In this document: piece by piece, positions 1 through 12,852 of the stretch | Position numbering within the stretch: position 1 is the first letter of the stretch | Layout: each line of letters starts with the position of its first letter | Source of the DNA: Ylistrum balloti | Lineage: Eukaryota | NCBI RefSeq assembly: GCF_031769215.1 | Contig: NW_026782027.1 | Span: 1 to 64,000, forward strand | Direction: 5' to 3' | DNA: 64,000 nucleotides | The notes under the pieces: generated by a model | What the model saw: only the letters and a program-made list of their open reading frames with translations | What the model was told of the DNA's origin: nothing | Database searches by the model: none | Made by a program: the position numbers and the translations under genes

Positions 1-990
1 AATGTTATACATATGTCATTTAAGTGCAATTCAAATGACCAAAATGTAACACAAGTGGGTTATTTACAGAACATATAGGGTGCGACCTATTCTACTGATA
101 ATTCTCAAGGATATTATCTTGTCAGGTTGTCAGTCAATGAGCAGCATAGATTTAGGACATACCAGATAAAAGAAATGAATGCATTAGAATTAAAGTAAAA
201 CATTTTCAAAACGATTCGGCCTGAATGTATCGGAATACAATGTACATGCTACTAAAATATATAAATTACACTATGATGACATTTTTAATTATGCGTTGTA
301 TACAAGGTAAGCGTTTATAAAATAAGTATGTAATACGAAAGCAACAATTGGATCAATCTACGTGATTTTAAGTACATATGAGAAACTTAAACATATCAAC
401 ACAAAGGGTTGGCATCAATCATCTTCACCCGGATGTTCCATCAATCATGATCAAATAGTTTACATTATACTGCAGAAACGAACACATAATATCCCATTTC
501 AGGCCCCTGCCTGCAAGGAACAACACGAGGATAGGAATTACATGGATACAATGGGTCAAATTGAAATAGATTGCTCATATCTTATAGATAAACTTTTGCT
601 TGGGCCAAACACACTTAAATGAAGCAGATGTCATGTTAGGTAATTACAAAAAGAAATGATGATTTATATGGAATAGGCGAACAGTGTAAATATATACTAT
701 TTCCTCTCTCGTAATTAAAAAAAAAAAAAACTGTTGAAAAGAAATCGTGTACCAAAAATTGTTCCCTAACATTTATTCATGTTTATATAATTCCAACCTC
801 CTATGTCTGTAAAGTCCGCCATTTTGTATCAAATGTTGCTGCATGAACTAGATCACTTGTGCGTTTGAAAGAGTACGCATGCAAAATATGCTCAGCCATA
901 TTAGAGCCACTAAAATTATCACAAATAACTATACAAATATTTATATAAGTGATATCTAACAGGTATGCTCAGATCCGACAGTGCGTGAAT

Positions 991-1385
991 TAGACCGGGA
1001 GCTAGAAGGGTCCACCGTGTACTCCTCCTCCCCATCCCAAACTTCCGAACCAATCTTTTTCTAAAGCCGATGATGCCCTGATTACGAAAATAAATGTTAA
1101 CATTACGTAAGTAGGGACGAACATCCGGTTATGATGCCATCAAGTTTGCCGCCATAGTGAAATTTACCCAAAGTGTTAAAAAACCATATACTTGTTATTT
1201 GCCGAGCAAATTTAATAAAAGAGGTATCAAAATGACCGCAATAGAATAACAAACAGATCTGTTTACAAAACAAAATACTATAAATAGCTTAATTTCAACA
1301 AAAATGAATTTATGTCGATTTTGCTGTCAAAATCACAATTTTTCTCAAAATAATTGTCGTACTTTTTATCAAATCTTTTCCAGAA
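991..1385 (+). mobile_element. Long terminal inverted repeat (starts TAG) of an Academ-like DNA transposon
   Basis: Begins TAGACCGGGAG at a sharp break in homology with the intergenic block. ~390 bp similar to the reverse complement of 20815-21195. Adjoins the XPG-like coding remnant. Confidence 0.55.
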
Positions 1386-1564
1386 AGCAAATAAACTTAA
1401 TTATGATTCAGAAATGTTTTATTCATACTATTGAGCTGAATGACGACACGCTGTTTTGTTCATATACCAATTCTGTGTGTCTAAATATCTCACAAACACA
1501 GAGTTCATGTCATTCGAGGGTACATATTGTCGATCCAGATCACTGTCTGTGCTTTCACTGCACT

Positions 1565-2330
1565 TTGTAAGCTACACTGATCTAACACATCTGTCAGCTG
1601 GTATATAGTTTCTGAATCCACATCGTTGTCAGACTCTAGTGGTAGGCCAGCGATGTTGATGAGTTCCTGTGGCAGAATATTTCCATTGTACCACAGTGGC
1701 TCCAGCTTTCAATCCTTGACCTTCCATCCATGGTCACCCGTCACATCTGGGATATCTGTTTCGGTAATGTGGGCCCTCTTCCAGATTCCAACCTGATAGT
1801 TGACACGTCTTACGTGCTGCTCCAAACTTCTTCTGCATGGTGGAAGTGATCCCAGGTCCACATTCTTTGAAGGGTGGGGGTTTGGTCTTCTTTGGCACAC
1901 AACTCCTGTATGCAGATGTATCGCAGCTCATTAACCTTGTACACTCTAGCACGACCTTATATGGCAAACGTGAATTCCTCCATTTCATCAACGAGGTCTT
2001 CGATTATGTCCCAAGTTTCCCCCAACCTGCAGAGTACAGCAGCAAACTTTGGAGTTTTCTGAAGAGTTTTCAGTAGCTTGATCTTTCCTATTCCTTTGAA
2101 TGCGCTGGTAGTGTCTCATGTGGCGTATGCATGGAGACACATGGGTGCTGTGCAGTGGTTCTGTGTATAGCCCTCTGCGAGTTCGGTGATGCTTATCAGT
2201 TGATCGCATTTCCAGTGTCAAATAGAATCACTACATTTGACAATGTGAGGGCGTAGTGCTGAAGGATGTAGAAAACACCACTGTCTGGACTTTTGATCCG
2301 AATGTACTTGTATCCCATGTCCTTTTCACA
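1565..2330 (-). mobile_element. Decayed XPG/PIN-like transposon coding remnant (AcademX-like)
   Basis: Minus-strand frames give LHAY..DTTSAFKGIGK (H3TH-like) and LPPCRRSLEQHVRRVNYQVGIWKRAH...HGW, motifs typical of XPG-domain Academ proteins. Frameshifted and stop-ridden. Confidence 0.55.
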
Positions 2331-3288
2331 CATGCATTACAGAACTAATCTGAAATCAGTTTCCTCTTGGGATGAACTGTGTTCTTTAAAATATTACAAG
2401 ATGCAACTTATAAATCATCTCTTGATTTTTTCTGCATAATTTAGTTTAATCAAATTTATTTTTTCATTATAAACCACCATCAATTTCGTTATATAAAATG
2501 TGCTTTTTGGCTTGAAAACCTCTATAAATACATTCGTGTTTAATAAATTATCTTGACAGGATTGACAATGGCGATAGCGCGAATTTCAGCTTGCCTATGA
2601 ACAATTTATTACTACGATATTGTTTGTTCAGGTGTGATATTCAGGTGCTAGATATATATAATGAATTGTTTTATTAAAAGTTTCGGGAAACCTATTGGCC
2701 GAGAACAGATTTGTAAACGCGGATACAATACTTAGACAATCATAAACAAGCAAAAATAACAACACGAATTATCGAAAAAGTTCTAAATCTTCCATCTTTC
2801 AAGTCATACGGCCATGACAATTTAATTAGACGTATGTGTAATACCACTGAATAAGTGGAATAATAATAAAGAATCTCGTTCTTTGTGACCTTATATGACT
2901 GCCCCGTAGTGAAGAAAGTATTGTCTGCTTTACACGGAAAATTATTTGCCTATTTTTATCTATTTTACACTAACATTAGGTATACGGATTATATGATAAA
3001 TATAATCTTACACATCGATGAAATCCCTTAAATAACCTGAGATGTCACTGAAGGCTCGTTACGTTTTAAATAAGTTAACCCTTTGATTGAATTCCATATT
3101 ACATCAGCACTCATGTAATATAGTCCTTTTCGAAGGTACATGAAAGTATTACGGTCATTAATCATATTTCATTATCTTCTTTTCTATATGTGCATAGCCT
3201 ATACTGAAACGTAATAGATTTTCGCTCTCTTAACAGTTCTACTTCTATTTAATGTCATTCTTTTGCCATTATTTTGAAACGTTCACAG

Positions 3289-3407
3289 TTCAATAGTCTT
3301 CAATCAATGATTCATCATAAAGGTCGCCCTTTTTCTCGTGGTTATCCTACCTCTAGCAATGTCAGCTCCCCAGCAAAAGGTTGTAGACGCAGATATGAAC
3401 AGTATTT
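3289..3407 (+). pseudogene. P1: truncated pseudogene, exon 2 only, start codon ATA
   Basis: ATA AAG GTC GCC... gives (I)KVALFLVVILPLAMSAPQQKVVDADMNSI followed by a GTAAGT donor. Intron-2 homology stops at ~3972, where it is fused to M-downstream sequence. No exon 3, exon 4 or promoter nearby. Confidence 0.8.
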
Positions 3408-4820
3408 GTAAGTTCATGATTAATAATTTGTATAATTTTTTTTCTTGTCTCCCCAGGTCTTGTTTTTATTTTTATTTTATTTTTTTTTGCGTTAGCCTTT
3501 TTTGTTCTCTTAATGTAGAAACTATGTCATATGTATCATTGTATTTTCAATTTGAAATCGTTATAATGAGATATACTTCATGACACTAGTACTTCAAAAT
3601 GACCTGTCACATTCGTTCGAAAAGATATACCGTCCAAGAGTATTGATTAAGTATTGTTTCAAGAAACTGAAAATAAATAGAGGTCACATCGTTATAAAGG
3701 AATTGGATTTAAATGTATTACTTTTAAATTCATCAGCGCAATCCTATAGCTAAAATACTGTTATTGTGTTTCTCAGGAAGCCAGAAAAAGGACTGTTGTG
3801 TACTCCAGTGCACTCATCTTGCTAATATACTTTATATATATATAGTATCAATGCTTCAATATTTTTATTTCTACATATACTGATAAACTATGTAATCATT
3901 CAGTTGAGCGTTGTGTATGCTATAGTTATGTTCTTGAAAAAAAAACACTACCCTATTTATTGGTTTGAATGAATTACCCGATACCTAGTGCAACTACAGG
4001 TATGTGATTAAATTTAAACATTACGTGCAGTGTACGACAACCTGAGTTTCATGCATAACAAACTCTGACTGCAATAACCGCAATAGCTAGAATCAATAGG
4101 ATACCGATACCTGAGTTAGGTAAGATAATAAAAAATGGGTTTGCTCCATTGTGAAGTTCACTAATAAATTGTCCGGCTGATAGAAACGCTATATCCGCCT
4201 TGAGATTGGGCATATATTGTAATGTTCCTTGCAGTTGAGCAAATTTCTTATATTTAAACACCATAGGCATTTTTTTTAATTCCAAAGATTTATCGAATCG
4301 ATGAAGACATCGCGTCATCGATGATATTTTTACTTACTCTCTTGCTTATTGTATTCTTTTATCGAGCACAGAATATTTTGAAACGTTTACTTGTTTAAAG
4401 AAATAAACATATTAATCAATTTTTTTCTTGAAAATTGAAATTTTCTCTACCAATATGAACTAGCTGCTAATCAGAAACTAATGTTTACATTATTTTGCAG
4501 CTATATCATATCAAATCTTCAAAGTAGTTACACAAATTTAAATATGTAAAGATATCAAGAATTTCAGCAACGCTCCTGGTAAACTGGCTTGAATAAACGT
4601 GTAAAGAAGTATTGATATTATTTCACTTGAGGATAACCATTCCAAAAAGACACATCCACACCCACATGCGCACCTAAATAACAAATCCAAAACACACACA
4701 CAAAATCTACAACTTTTTTTGTAGTTGAACACATGAAATTATACCGTAATTTAGGATTTCGTTTTTTTTATTAGGATGACAAATTGTTCATATTCGTCTA
4801 AGGTTTATAGCACCTTTCTT

Positions 4821-6512
4821 TTAAGCAGAGGAACCTGGTGTAGGTGTCGGAATATGGAAAAAGTGGACGAGTTCTTGTAGCCTGTGAACGAAATAACGGA
4901 CATATTATTAGGCATAATTTAGCCCTAAACTGACAACATCAACATATGCGGTTGTTTAATGGGTTGATACATTTATCTAAACTTTCAATGACTTTCTATT
5001 GTATTACCTAGGAAAATGAAATATGCCTAGTCAAAAATAGTAGCTGCTATTGACTCCCTAGCGACCAGGCTTGATACTTGGATTAAGATGACCACAAACA
5101 ACTTTAAAAGGAGAAGAAAGCGAAAAAAAACCCAATTTAAACTGATAGATTAACCGTTTTACCATTTTAGCCATCGATATTCCGACCAATGCATTAATAT
5201 AGCAAATCAATTCCATTAAAACAGAAGAAACTTTGGCTGAGATCAAGGAATCTTTACCAAATGAAACAGATCAGCTAAAGCCTTAGACAAACGTATAAGA
5301 GTTTCTCCAATTAAAAATCAATGATAAAACATCTGCTGGTTGGACATTATAAGGACAGTGTCTATACTACGATCAAATCATAACACAGTGTAATGACACT
5401 GTAGTATTGTTATATTTTCGAGGATATCATTTCGCTGTTTCTTAAGGACGGAACAAATATTTGAACTATAATAACCTCCTTGGCATGTATATTTCTAGCC
5501 AAAATTTGACAAAAGGAAAATTAACAATATTTTGAAATTTTGATCTCAAATGTCCGTTCGAAGAAAGCAAATACATTTTGGGATTGTAAAATCTAACTGA
5601 ATACTTACGAATGACAGGCAAGAGGACAAGCATTGTGAGAAATGGTGTTAACAGATCCAGTAGAGAATTGTGTGTCAACAAGCGTGTTACATTCCTTCTC
5701 ACATTCTGCCTCCCTCTCGTTGGAACCGAGCTGTTGTACTAAATCTGTGACCAGCAGTTTGAGCTCGTTAGCGTGGAAAATGTTAACTGAAACATATGAG
5801 GATAAGATTACATTTTGTTTTACAAAATTATAAGGAATAATAACGACATTTCAACAGAATCTTAATTGAAAATCTCGTCCGATAGAAATGGGTTAAGATA
5901 TGAATAAAAAAAAACGATTTCCTCGCAGACATGTGAAAATTAAATAAGAAAAAGACCAGATAGTTTTAAAGAGAAAGCGTCTTCAACTTCATCGACGACA
6001 CATGCTGTTCTAACCTTTGTCAATCAAACAAAGTATTGTTATGTTCCAAAATTAAGCTCTGAAGAATATCATATTATATCAGGAAAAGAGAACCTACTCA
6101 TCAATTTTTCATGATGTTTCATAAGCATACGATACAAAAGAAAAATATCATGGATAAATTGTCGATCGTTGTCGTCAATCATTGGCTTCAGCTGTGTCTT
6201 GCTAATTGAAAGCGCTATACAATGTTGTTAGAACATCACATTCCAGTAAGGAACATACAAGTTTTGAATTTGAAGCAATTGGGATACAATCATCGATTGT
6301 TTTGTTTATAACGTTATCACAACTTTAAATACGCGAGTATAGTATATGGTTAACAGTGTCATTGATGTAAATGCTACTATTTGGTATACATCGAATAAGA
6401 TCTAATTAACTAAGTTAACACTTAACTTACGGATGCTGTTCAGGAATGGGTTAGGTTTAGGTGTCGACATTGCCAAAGGCAGGATCACCACGAGTAACAG
6501 TGCTAATTTCAT
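4821..6512 (-). CDS. M1: spliced gene for a 106-aa secreted twin-CX3C protein of unnamed family. Coding exons 6512-6431, 5786-5609, 4881-4821
   Basis: ATG in exon 2 after an AG acceptor (6525-6526). Canonical GT-AG introns in phase 1 then phase 2 join to an open frame: MKLALLLVVILPLAMSTPKPNPFLNSILNIFHANELKLLVTDLVQQLGSNEREAECEKECNTLVDTQFSTGSVNTISHNACPLACHSLQELVHFFHIPTPTPGSSA*. Hydrophobic signal peptide. AATAAA at 4772-4767, 48 nt past the stop. Same exon structure in the other copies. Confidence 0.88.
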
Positions 6513-7394
6513 GATGATACTCGGCTGAAAAGCAAAATACGAACTGTCGGAAAATAAAAGTGTTGTAAATAATAAAGGAACATGGTAAAATACATCAAGT
6601 TTTCTTGCGGCGTACAAAGGTGTTTGTCGAAAAGAGTAAAAGTGTGAACTAGAATCTTAGTAACATCAAACATATGTTACAATGACTATGGAGTCTGAGT
6701 AGTCAAATAAGTCAACATTTAAAATCAACAAATAAATGGTAGTTGTGTCAATTATACAGATGATAAACTGTATCGGCAAATCTGTCAGTGATTAACCGTT
6801 AGAAATTTTTAAAGATAAAGTATATGAGACACAAAAATACGTGAACAGCTTCAGCAAAGCAAGATGTTTGTTATTTTGTAGTTTAAACACCAGTTAAAAG
6901 ACTACAAATAAGATCTGACGCTGCACCAACTATAACGTTTATATACGTAAGATGAAAATCATGCACTCTGCGGAACGCAGTAAACACAACAAATTGGTAT
7001 GTTTAAAAAACAAACGAATTTCTATCGTACGGAACAAAACCATTATTTAAAATGTCTATTTCTTTTAGCAATAAAGTTCTAAAGCAGTATTTTTTTTACA
7101 AAAATAAGAAGCTGAAGATACCCTAAAACCAACGAAATACAAAATCTAGTAAAACAGAACGAAATTTGACTTAACTCAAATTATTTAAAACCAATAGGAA
7201 TGAAACTAACAGGAAACACAGAAGATAAATGTCGACAGGAAATGCTATTTTCTAAAGAAATTAATTGTAATTTTGAACATTTTGAAAATAATGTTAATGA
7301 TAATGAAATACTTTGTCAAAGAAATTCATTTTGACCAGATATATCGGTAAGAAAGAGCATTATATTCCATATAATCAATGCATAAGGAACTTAC

Positions 7395-7451
7395 CAAAGT
7401 GGTCGGTAGTTGAGGACAGGGACGATCGATGGGCGGTAAGCTGTTTATATA
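7395..7451 (-). promoter_or_regulatory. M1 TATA box (7451-7444) and short non-coding exon 1 ending at GT donor 7394
   Basis: Minus strand reads TATATAAA-cagcttaccgcccatcgatcgtccctgtcctcaactaccgaccactttg|gtaagt. The motif is conserved in all five M copies. Confidence 0.75.
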
Positions 7452-7829
7452 GAAATAAATATGTGTCTTTTCTGCTGTCTTAGATTGCTAAATAAATCCA
7501 TGTGAAATGTCATCTGTACAGAATGTCATACGATTACGCAATCTGTTTTAATTTTTAATTTTCTTATCATGATCAGGCTTTTTTTGTTAGGTGTCTACAA
7601 CATTTTCGAAAGAAATCAGACTGAGCGAATAGAAAATACTGAAAAATGTGAGATAAAAATATGATTAAAACAGCATTGAATCGACTACCTAATCAATTAG
7701 AGGAACATGGTTAATAATTAAAATAGTTTTTTTGAAAATATTATTGAAATACTTGTTTATCGACAGTTTATGGATTTGTGGAAGGGTGGGGGTGTGGGGT
7801 ATGTGGGGGAGGGGACTGTCGGAAGGATA

Positions 7830-8990
7830 GGCCAAGCCACTCTCGCACTATCGAATCTGAGCATACCTGTTAAATATCACTTATATCAATATTTTGATAT
7901 CTTGCTTTTTCATTTGTGTTAATCTTAGAGGTTCTGATTATGGCTGAGCATATTTTGCATGCGTATATTAACTATGATCTAAATTATCTATGACAGTTAA
8001 ATGAGAAATGCAGTTTTGTGAATAAAACAAAAATAGCCCATACATTTTCTGGAATAACGTCCAAATTTGTTTGCACTATCGACTCTTTCAAACACATAAG
8101 TGATCTAGTGAATGCAGTAGTATTTTAAACAAAATGACGAACTTTACAGACATAGGATGTTTGAATAATATAAACACAAATAAATGTTAGGAAACATTTT
8201 TTGGTGCACGATTTATATTTTCAACAGTTTTATATATTAAAAAATTACGTGAGAGCAAGTAATATATATTTACACAGTTCGCCTATTATATATAAATCAT
8301 CATTTCTTTTTGCAATTACCTTGTTTGACTCTAGCGAAAGTGTATCAATAAGATATTATCAATCTATTTCAATTTGACCCGTTGTATCCATGCAATTAAT
8401 ATAATCTTGTTGCTCCTTGCAGGCAGGGGCCTGAAATGGGATATTATGTGTTCGTTTCTGCAGTATAATGTAAACTATTTGATCATGATTAATGGAACAT
8501 CCGGGTGAAGATGACCGATGCCGACCCTTTGTGTTGATATGTTAAAGTTTCTCATGTGTACTTAAAATCACGTAGATTGATCCAATTGTTAAATTCCTAT
8601 TACATGCTTATTTGATAAACGCTTACCTTGTATACAACACATAATTAAAAATGTTATCAAGGTGTAATTTATATATTTTAGTAGCATGTACATTGTATTC
8701 CGATACATTCAGGCCGAATCGTATTGAAAATGTTTTACTTTAATTCTAATGCATTCATTTCTTTTATCTGGTATGTCCTAAAACTATGCTGCTCATTGAC
8801 TGACAATCTGACCAGATAATATCCTTGAGAATTATCAGTAGAATAGGTCGCAATCTAGAGGTTCTGTAAAAAAAACATTCTGGTCATTTCAATTTCACTT
8901 AAATGACATACGTATAACATTACATAATCGGGACTGAATTCCGTGTTTCTAATTATTCGAATAGAACGTAATTTTATCAGAATCGACATC
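7830..8990 (-). repeat. Intergenic block between M and P promoters. Copies at 1-990 (+), 23300-24256 (+), 31486-32620 (-), and diverged at 56745-57530 and 58370-58815 (-)
   Basis: Direct alignment by eye, e.g. the CTCTCGCACT...GATCTGAGCATACCTGTT motif at ~7850, ~31510, ~56770 and inverted at ~960. Confidence 0.75.
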
Positions 8991-9149
8991 TTCATTTGAT
9001 AGTAGGAATGGCGAGTTTGATGTAAAACAATGTCTGTCATATTTCAAAGTATAATCCAAACATCAACTAGTTTGACTGCTGTGTATTATTGACTAAACAA
9101 TGTGGATTTTGTATCCAAATGCAGAACCATATGAGCTAATCAATCCGTA

Positions 9150-9310
9150 TAATAAGGTCGCACTCAACAGCAGGTCGGAGTTCGGTGTTTCCAGATTAAC
9201 TATATGGCGGTTAATTTTACGCCTCAACGACGATGACAAATGGAGATCCGGAGTAATTTTGAGAAATCTAGATCGGACGGCAAATAATATCACTGATAGC
9301 GGAAAACGTC
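9150..9310 (+). mobile_element. Tc1 N-terminal HTH fragment
   Basis: FGVSRLTIWRLILRLN...RSG. The copy at 23050-23240 (minus) reads TIWRL..LNATG..D..SRSG....DRFI, matching the Tc1 paired-like region. Confidence 0.5.
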
Positions 9311-9529
9311 AAATCCACCCAAAAAATATGTGCGAAATAGACTGCGAGAGTCAACATTTCTATAGTTATTATTTTACATGATTCGTTGATGATGAGTTCG
9401 TTGTTTCGATTTCACGATTAGTTCATTATACCTAAATACATTTTGATGATTTTTGTTGACCTTCCACAGACGGCATACATAGTGTTAAAACAGGGCTACT
9501 CTACGCCGATTCCTTATCCAAATCAGTAG

Positions 9530-10345
9530 CATGTGTGTCCACCCCTACCTACAGCCGCTGCTCTTACTCTCCCATCAATGTGTTTATTGACGTTTGAGGG
9601 ATACCATTCCACTCCTGAATAAGGGGCTGAGTGAGTTGAGCGATGTTATAAGAGACGTTGACGTACTTACGAACGCTCCTGTCCAGCTCGTCCCACAAAT
9701 GCTCGACTGGGGACAAATCTGGACGTGTATGGTAGACAATTAAGAACAGGGACGTTGTTTTGAGCCAGAAAGTCACGACAAACCCTAGTGAAATATGGCA
9801 TAGCTTTGTCCTGCTGCAACGTAAGATGTATAAGAGGAAAGACGTGTGGTCTCAGGACTTGATCCCGATATGTTACTGCTCTAAGTTTGTCATGTATAAA
9901 CACGTGAGATGTTTTCAAGCTTTGAGATATTCCCCTGCTAATACCATAACATACTATCCCCGAATATGTCGCTTTCCGTCACGCAAGCTTCAGAATATCG
10001 CTCGCAACGACGTCGATAGGCACGTTGTCGTCTATCTGACTTGTAAAGCGAACCTCGTCAGAGTGAACAGCATGCGTCTCAAATGGGCCAAAGGAGACCG
10101 AATAGGTGGATGTGCAAGCGGCCACTGCATTCAACGTTAGCGTCGCCTCTGTGGAAGTGGCACCCCAACGTGAGGACGTCGTGGCATTGCCATACTGGCC
10201 AGCAATGAGTGCCATCTCCATGGCCCACGGAAATCGGGAACGTATGTTTAGGGACGTATGCATCTATCTTGACGTCGCGTAGTAACGCTCCTGGTACAGT
10301 AACACAATCTCCTTTTGGCTCTGAGACGTCCAACTGGGGTATTGG
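9530..10345 (-). mobile_element. Degenerate Tc1-type (DD34E) transposase remnant
   Basis: Motifs ..DEVRF, YRDQVLRPHV, QQDKA (QDNA-like), PDLSPVEHLWDEL, QEWNGIPQ across shifted frames. Confidence 0.85.
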
Positions 10346-11248
10346 TGCTTCATATACACCAAATTGGTGGGCTACTTTACGTTCTTAACCCCCCTGCTTT
10401 ACCAGAGCTATGTTTCAAACCTCTATCGACTTCACTCATTCGTGGCATTTCGCTCTACGATCTATTAAAAAGAAATGGTGTGTAGCTGATATGTATTGTT
10501 CATGATACACGCTTTCTTGCAAAATCTGCTTAAAGCAGCTTCGAGAGTGGTCACGGTTGGCTGAATTGTAACAATTTCACAATGCACGGGGGTAGCTCTG
10601 TGTCAAATTTAATTAAATTTCTTCCATGCCACAGTTATATTACAAAAACCGAACTTGCGTTTCTTTTTTCTGCTAGTATATACATATATATGTACTGTCT
10701 AACCTGAATGCTGTATGTGATAAGTAAGTTCGAATGATAAAGAAAGGATTTAGACATAGAGCTAATGTTGGAAGAACACTTGAAATGTAGCTCATGACGT
10801 GAAGTATGGGCCTGTAAATGCGAGCTGTAATTCAGAAGGTGGTGTTATAAATTAACTACTCGTAATTGTTCTTCTTGTATTTCAGTCTACTTTGTTTGTC
10901 TTTGTTTGTGCCCTTGCTGTCCCTACTATTTTTGTTTATTTTTTTCTCACCGGTCCGATTAACAACCATAATGGACCCTATTATTGTGTATAAAACAACG
11001 AAGTTGATCACAAAAAACTACTCGTAGTTGTTCGTCTTGTATTTCCATCTACTTGATAAGAATTAAAAAGCCATAATGCTAGTTCATAAATAAGTGGTGT
11101 AAGTAGGTAAACAGTATACTTGTGGCAGTAAACAGAGTATTATTCCATGATCATACAGCTTGTGGTTTCACGACACTAGTTTTATTGGACACCATTTTTG
11201 TATTTTATCGTCCCTTTGACATATGCCGTTTCATTTTGACGATTCCTC

Positions 11249-11305
11249 TATAAAATGGATTTCTGTTCCCCATTCATCCACACTGCTTTACAGGCCACTT
11301 GACTG
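11249..11305 (+). promoter_or_regulatory. P2 TATA box (11249-11255) and non-coding exon 1
   Basis: TATAAAA...gactg|gtaagt, near-identical to the P4 cassette. Confidence 0.68.
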
Positions 11306-12852
11306 GTAAGTTCTGCATGTATGTTAGAACATTTAATCTGAAGTTAGTGTACCTTAGTACTTCAGTTTGTACTTTGTTCCACATTATTTTTTCTCAAAGT
11401 TATCTCCTTGTATGGAATCTTTTTGGGTTATGCTTCTTTCGTTTTCAAGAGTAAAGTATTTCCTTGGTACAACATGATAATAAACACATTGCTTTGCTTG
11501 CTTATTTTGTTTATAGCTACGATCTTACAGCTGATAATAATTATGTGAAAGTTTTACAGTTGTCATCGTGATCTCATTGATAAATATCCTATTTCTTTAT
11601 GCGATATGCAGCTGGATGTGTTTGATGCTTGTTAATTTTTTTTGTTGGTTCCATTGTTGTATTTCTTGCTGTCATTTGCGAAAATTGACATTACTTACTT
11701 GGATTCATCAAGGTTTATATAGTGGAGTCGTCAATGAAACAAAAAACGTTTACGGAGCACATGGTGTTATTGTCCGTGAAATGTTTTCAGAAGTCTCCGT
11801 GTTAATCTTCATATACTTCATATTCTTTAGGTATTTTCTTGGATTTTCTATTCAGCAAGAACATGTTCATGTTCGAACAAAAAACTTTAAACGTTATGGA
11901 TATAATTAATGTACCTTTGTATTTAATTTTGTAATATTCAACACCACATATGTGTGCACCTTGTGTTCTTTTTTATGCGAATTGCATGTTTTAGTACCTC
12001 GTCCGTTCCACTGTATAACTTTAATAATATCATGTTTATCTGGAAACTTGTTCACTTATATTTTGTCTACCAATCTGAGAAGGAATCAGTGGACTATTTA
12101 CCGTAAAATGAGTTTATCAAGCGCGATTAATAAACCGTCATCTCCAGTCTTTTTTCTACATGATTGACAGAAATTAAATTAGATTATAACTAATAATTTG
12201 AATTATTTTCGCATTAATGAGAATTTTCAATCATAACTATCCTCCATGTTGCAATATACATGTACCTTTCTGCTCGAAAATTCTCCCTTAATATCTTTGT
12301 ATTTAATAAATATGACAGACTTGACAATGATGAATTTCTGCTTGCCCATGAAGAGATTATCTTAGTTGATCATTGTTTTAGGTGACATGTGATAATTGGG
12401 TGCTTGGTTTTATTAAGAGGTTCGGGAAACCTATTGGCCAAGAACTGTTTTTGTAAACGTGGATGCAATAATTATACAATCCTTTACAAGTAGAAATAAC
12501 AACATGAATAAAGTAACATCGAACAGGTCGGGAATCTTTCATATTTCTTTGTGACCTCATGTGATTGTCCAGTAGTGAAGAAAGTATTTTCCGCTTCGAA
12601 ATAAGTCTGCCTAAAAGGGAAAGTTAATTTTTTTACCTTACATCATTTCCGGAAGGTACATAAATGTTTTAGGGCTATTAATCACATTTGATTATCTGCT
12701 CTTGTATTACAATATGTGCATAGTCTATACTGGAATGCAATACTTTTTCGCTGTGTTAACAGTTATACTTTTAAAGTCCTTCTTTTGCCACAATTTTGAA
12801 ACGCTTTTACTTTTTTTCTCACAGCTCAATTGTCTTCAATCAACGATTCATC

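Noticed and set aside
362-622. ORFs 362-622 and 23758-24063 in the repeated intergenic block
   Set aside because: The copy at ~8340-8560 has in-frame stops, and there is no recognisable domain or splice logic. The similarity reflects duplication, not coding constraint.
4049-4318. 89-aa minus-strand ORF ending in a transmembrane-like stretch (GIGILLILAIAVIAV)
   Set aside because: The paralogous copy at ~50080-50360 has a stop and frameshift, and there is no promoter or splice support.
5260-5295. ~33-nt stretch nearly invariant in intron 3 of all five M copies (possible snoRNA, mini-exon or enhancer)
   Set aside because: No consistent splice sites or C/D boxes, and such a run is plausible by chance among recent paralogues.
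5609-5786. Twin CX3C motif suggesting a mitochondrial small Tim (Tim8/9/10/13)
   Set aside because: The protein has a cleavable signal peptide, a longer 20-residue inter-motif spacer and no Tim-like sequence features.
5642-5833. Repeated ~63-aa plus-strand ORFs MVLTDPVENCVST... (also 18730, 47718, 51750, and minus 13515)
   Set aside because: These are antisense shadows of the real exon 3.
4821-6512. Assignment to known mollusc antimicrobial peptides, saposin-like proteins or conotoxin superfamilies
   Set aside because: Cysteine number and spacing and the acidic charge do not fit any family I can recognise. No name is given without a database search.
11568-11909. Cys-containing ORFs in P intron 1 (11568-11909, 35175-35459)
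   Set aside because: They lie in AT-rich intron sequence, have different starts and frames between copies, and show no domain.
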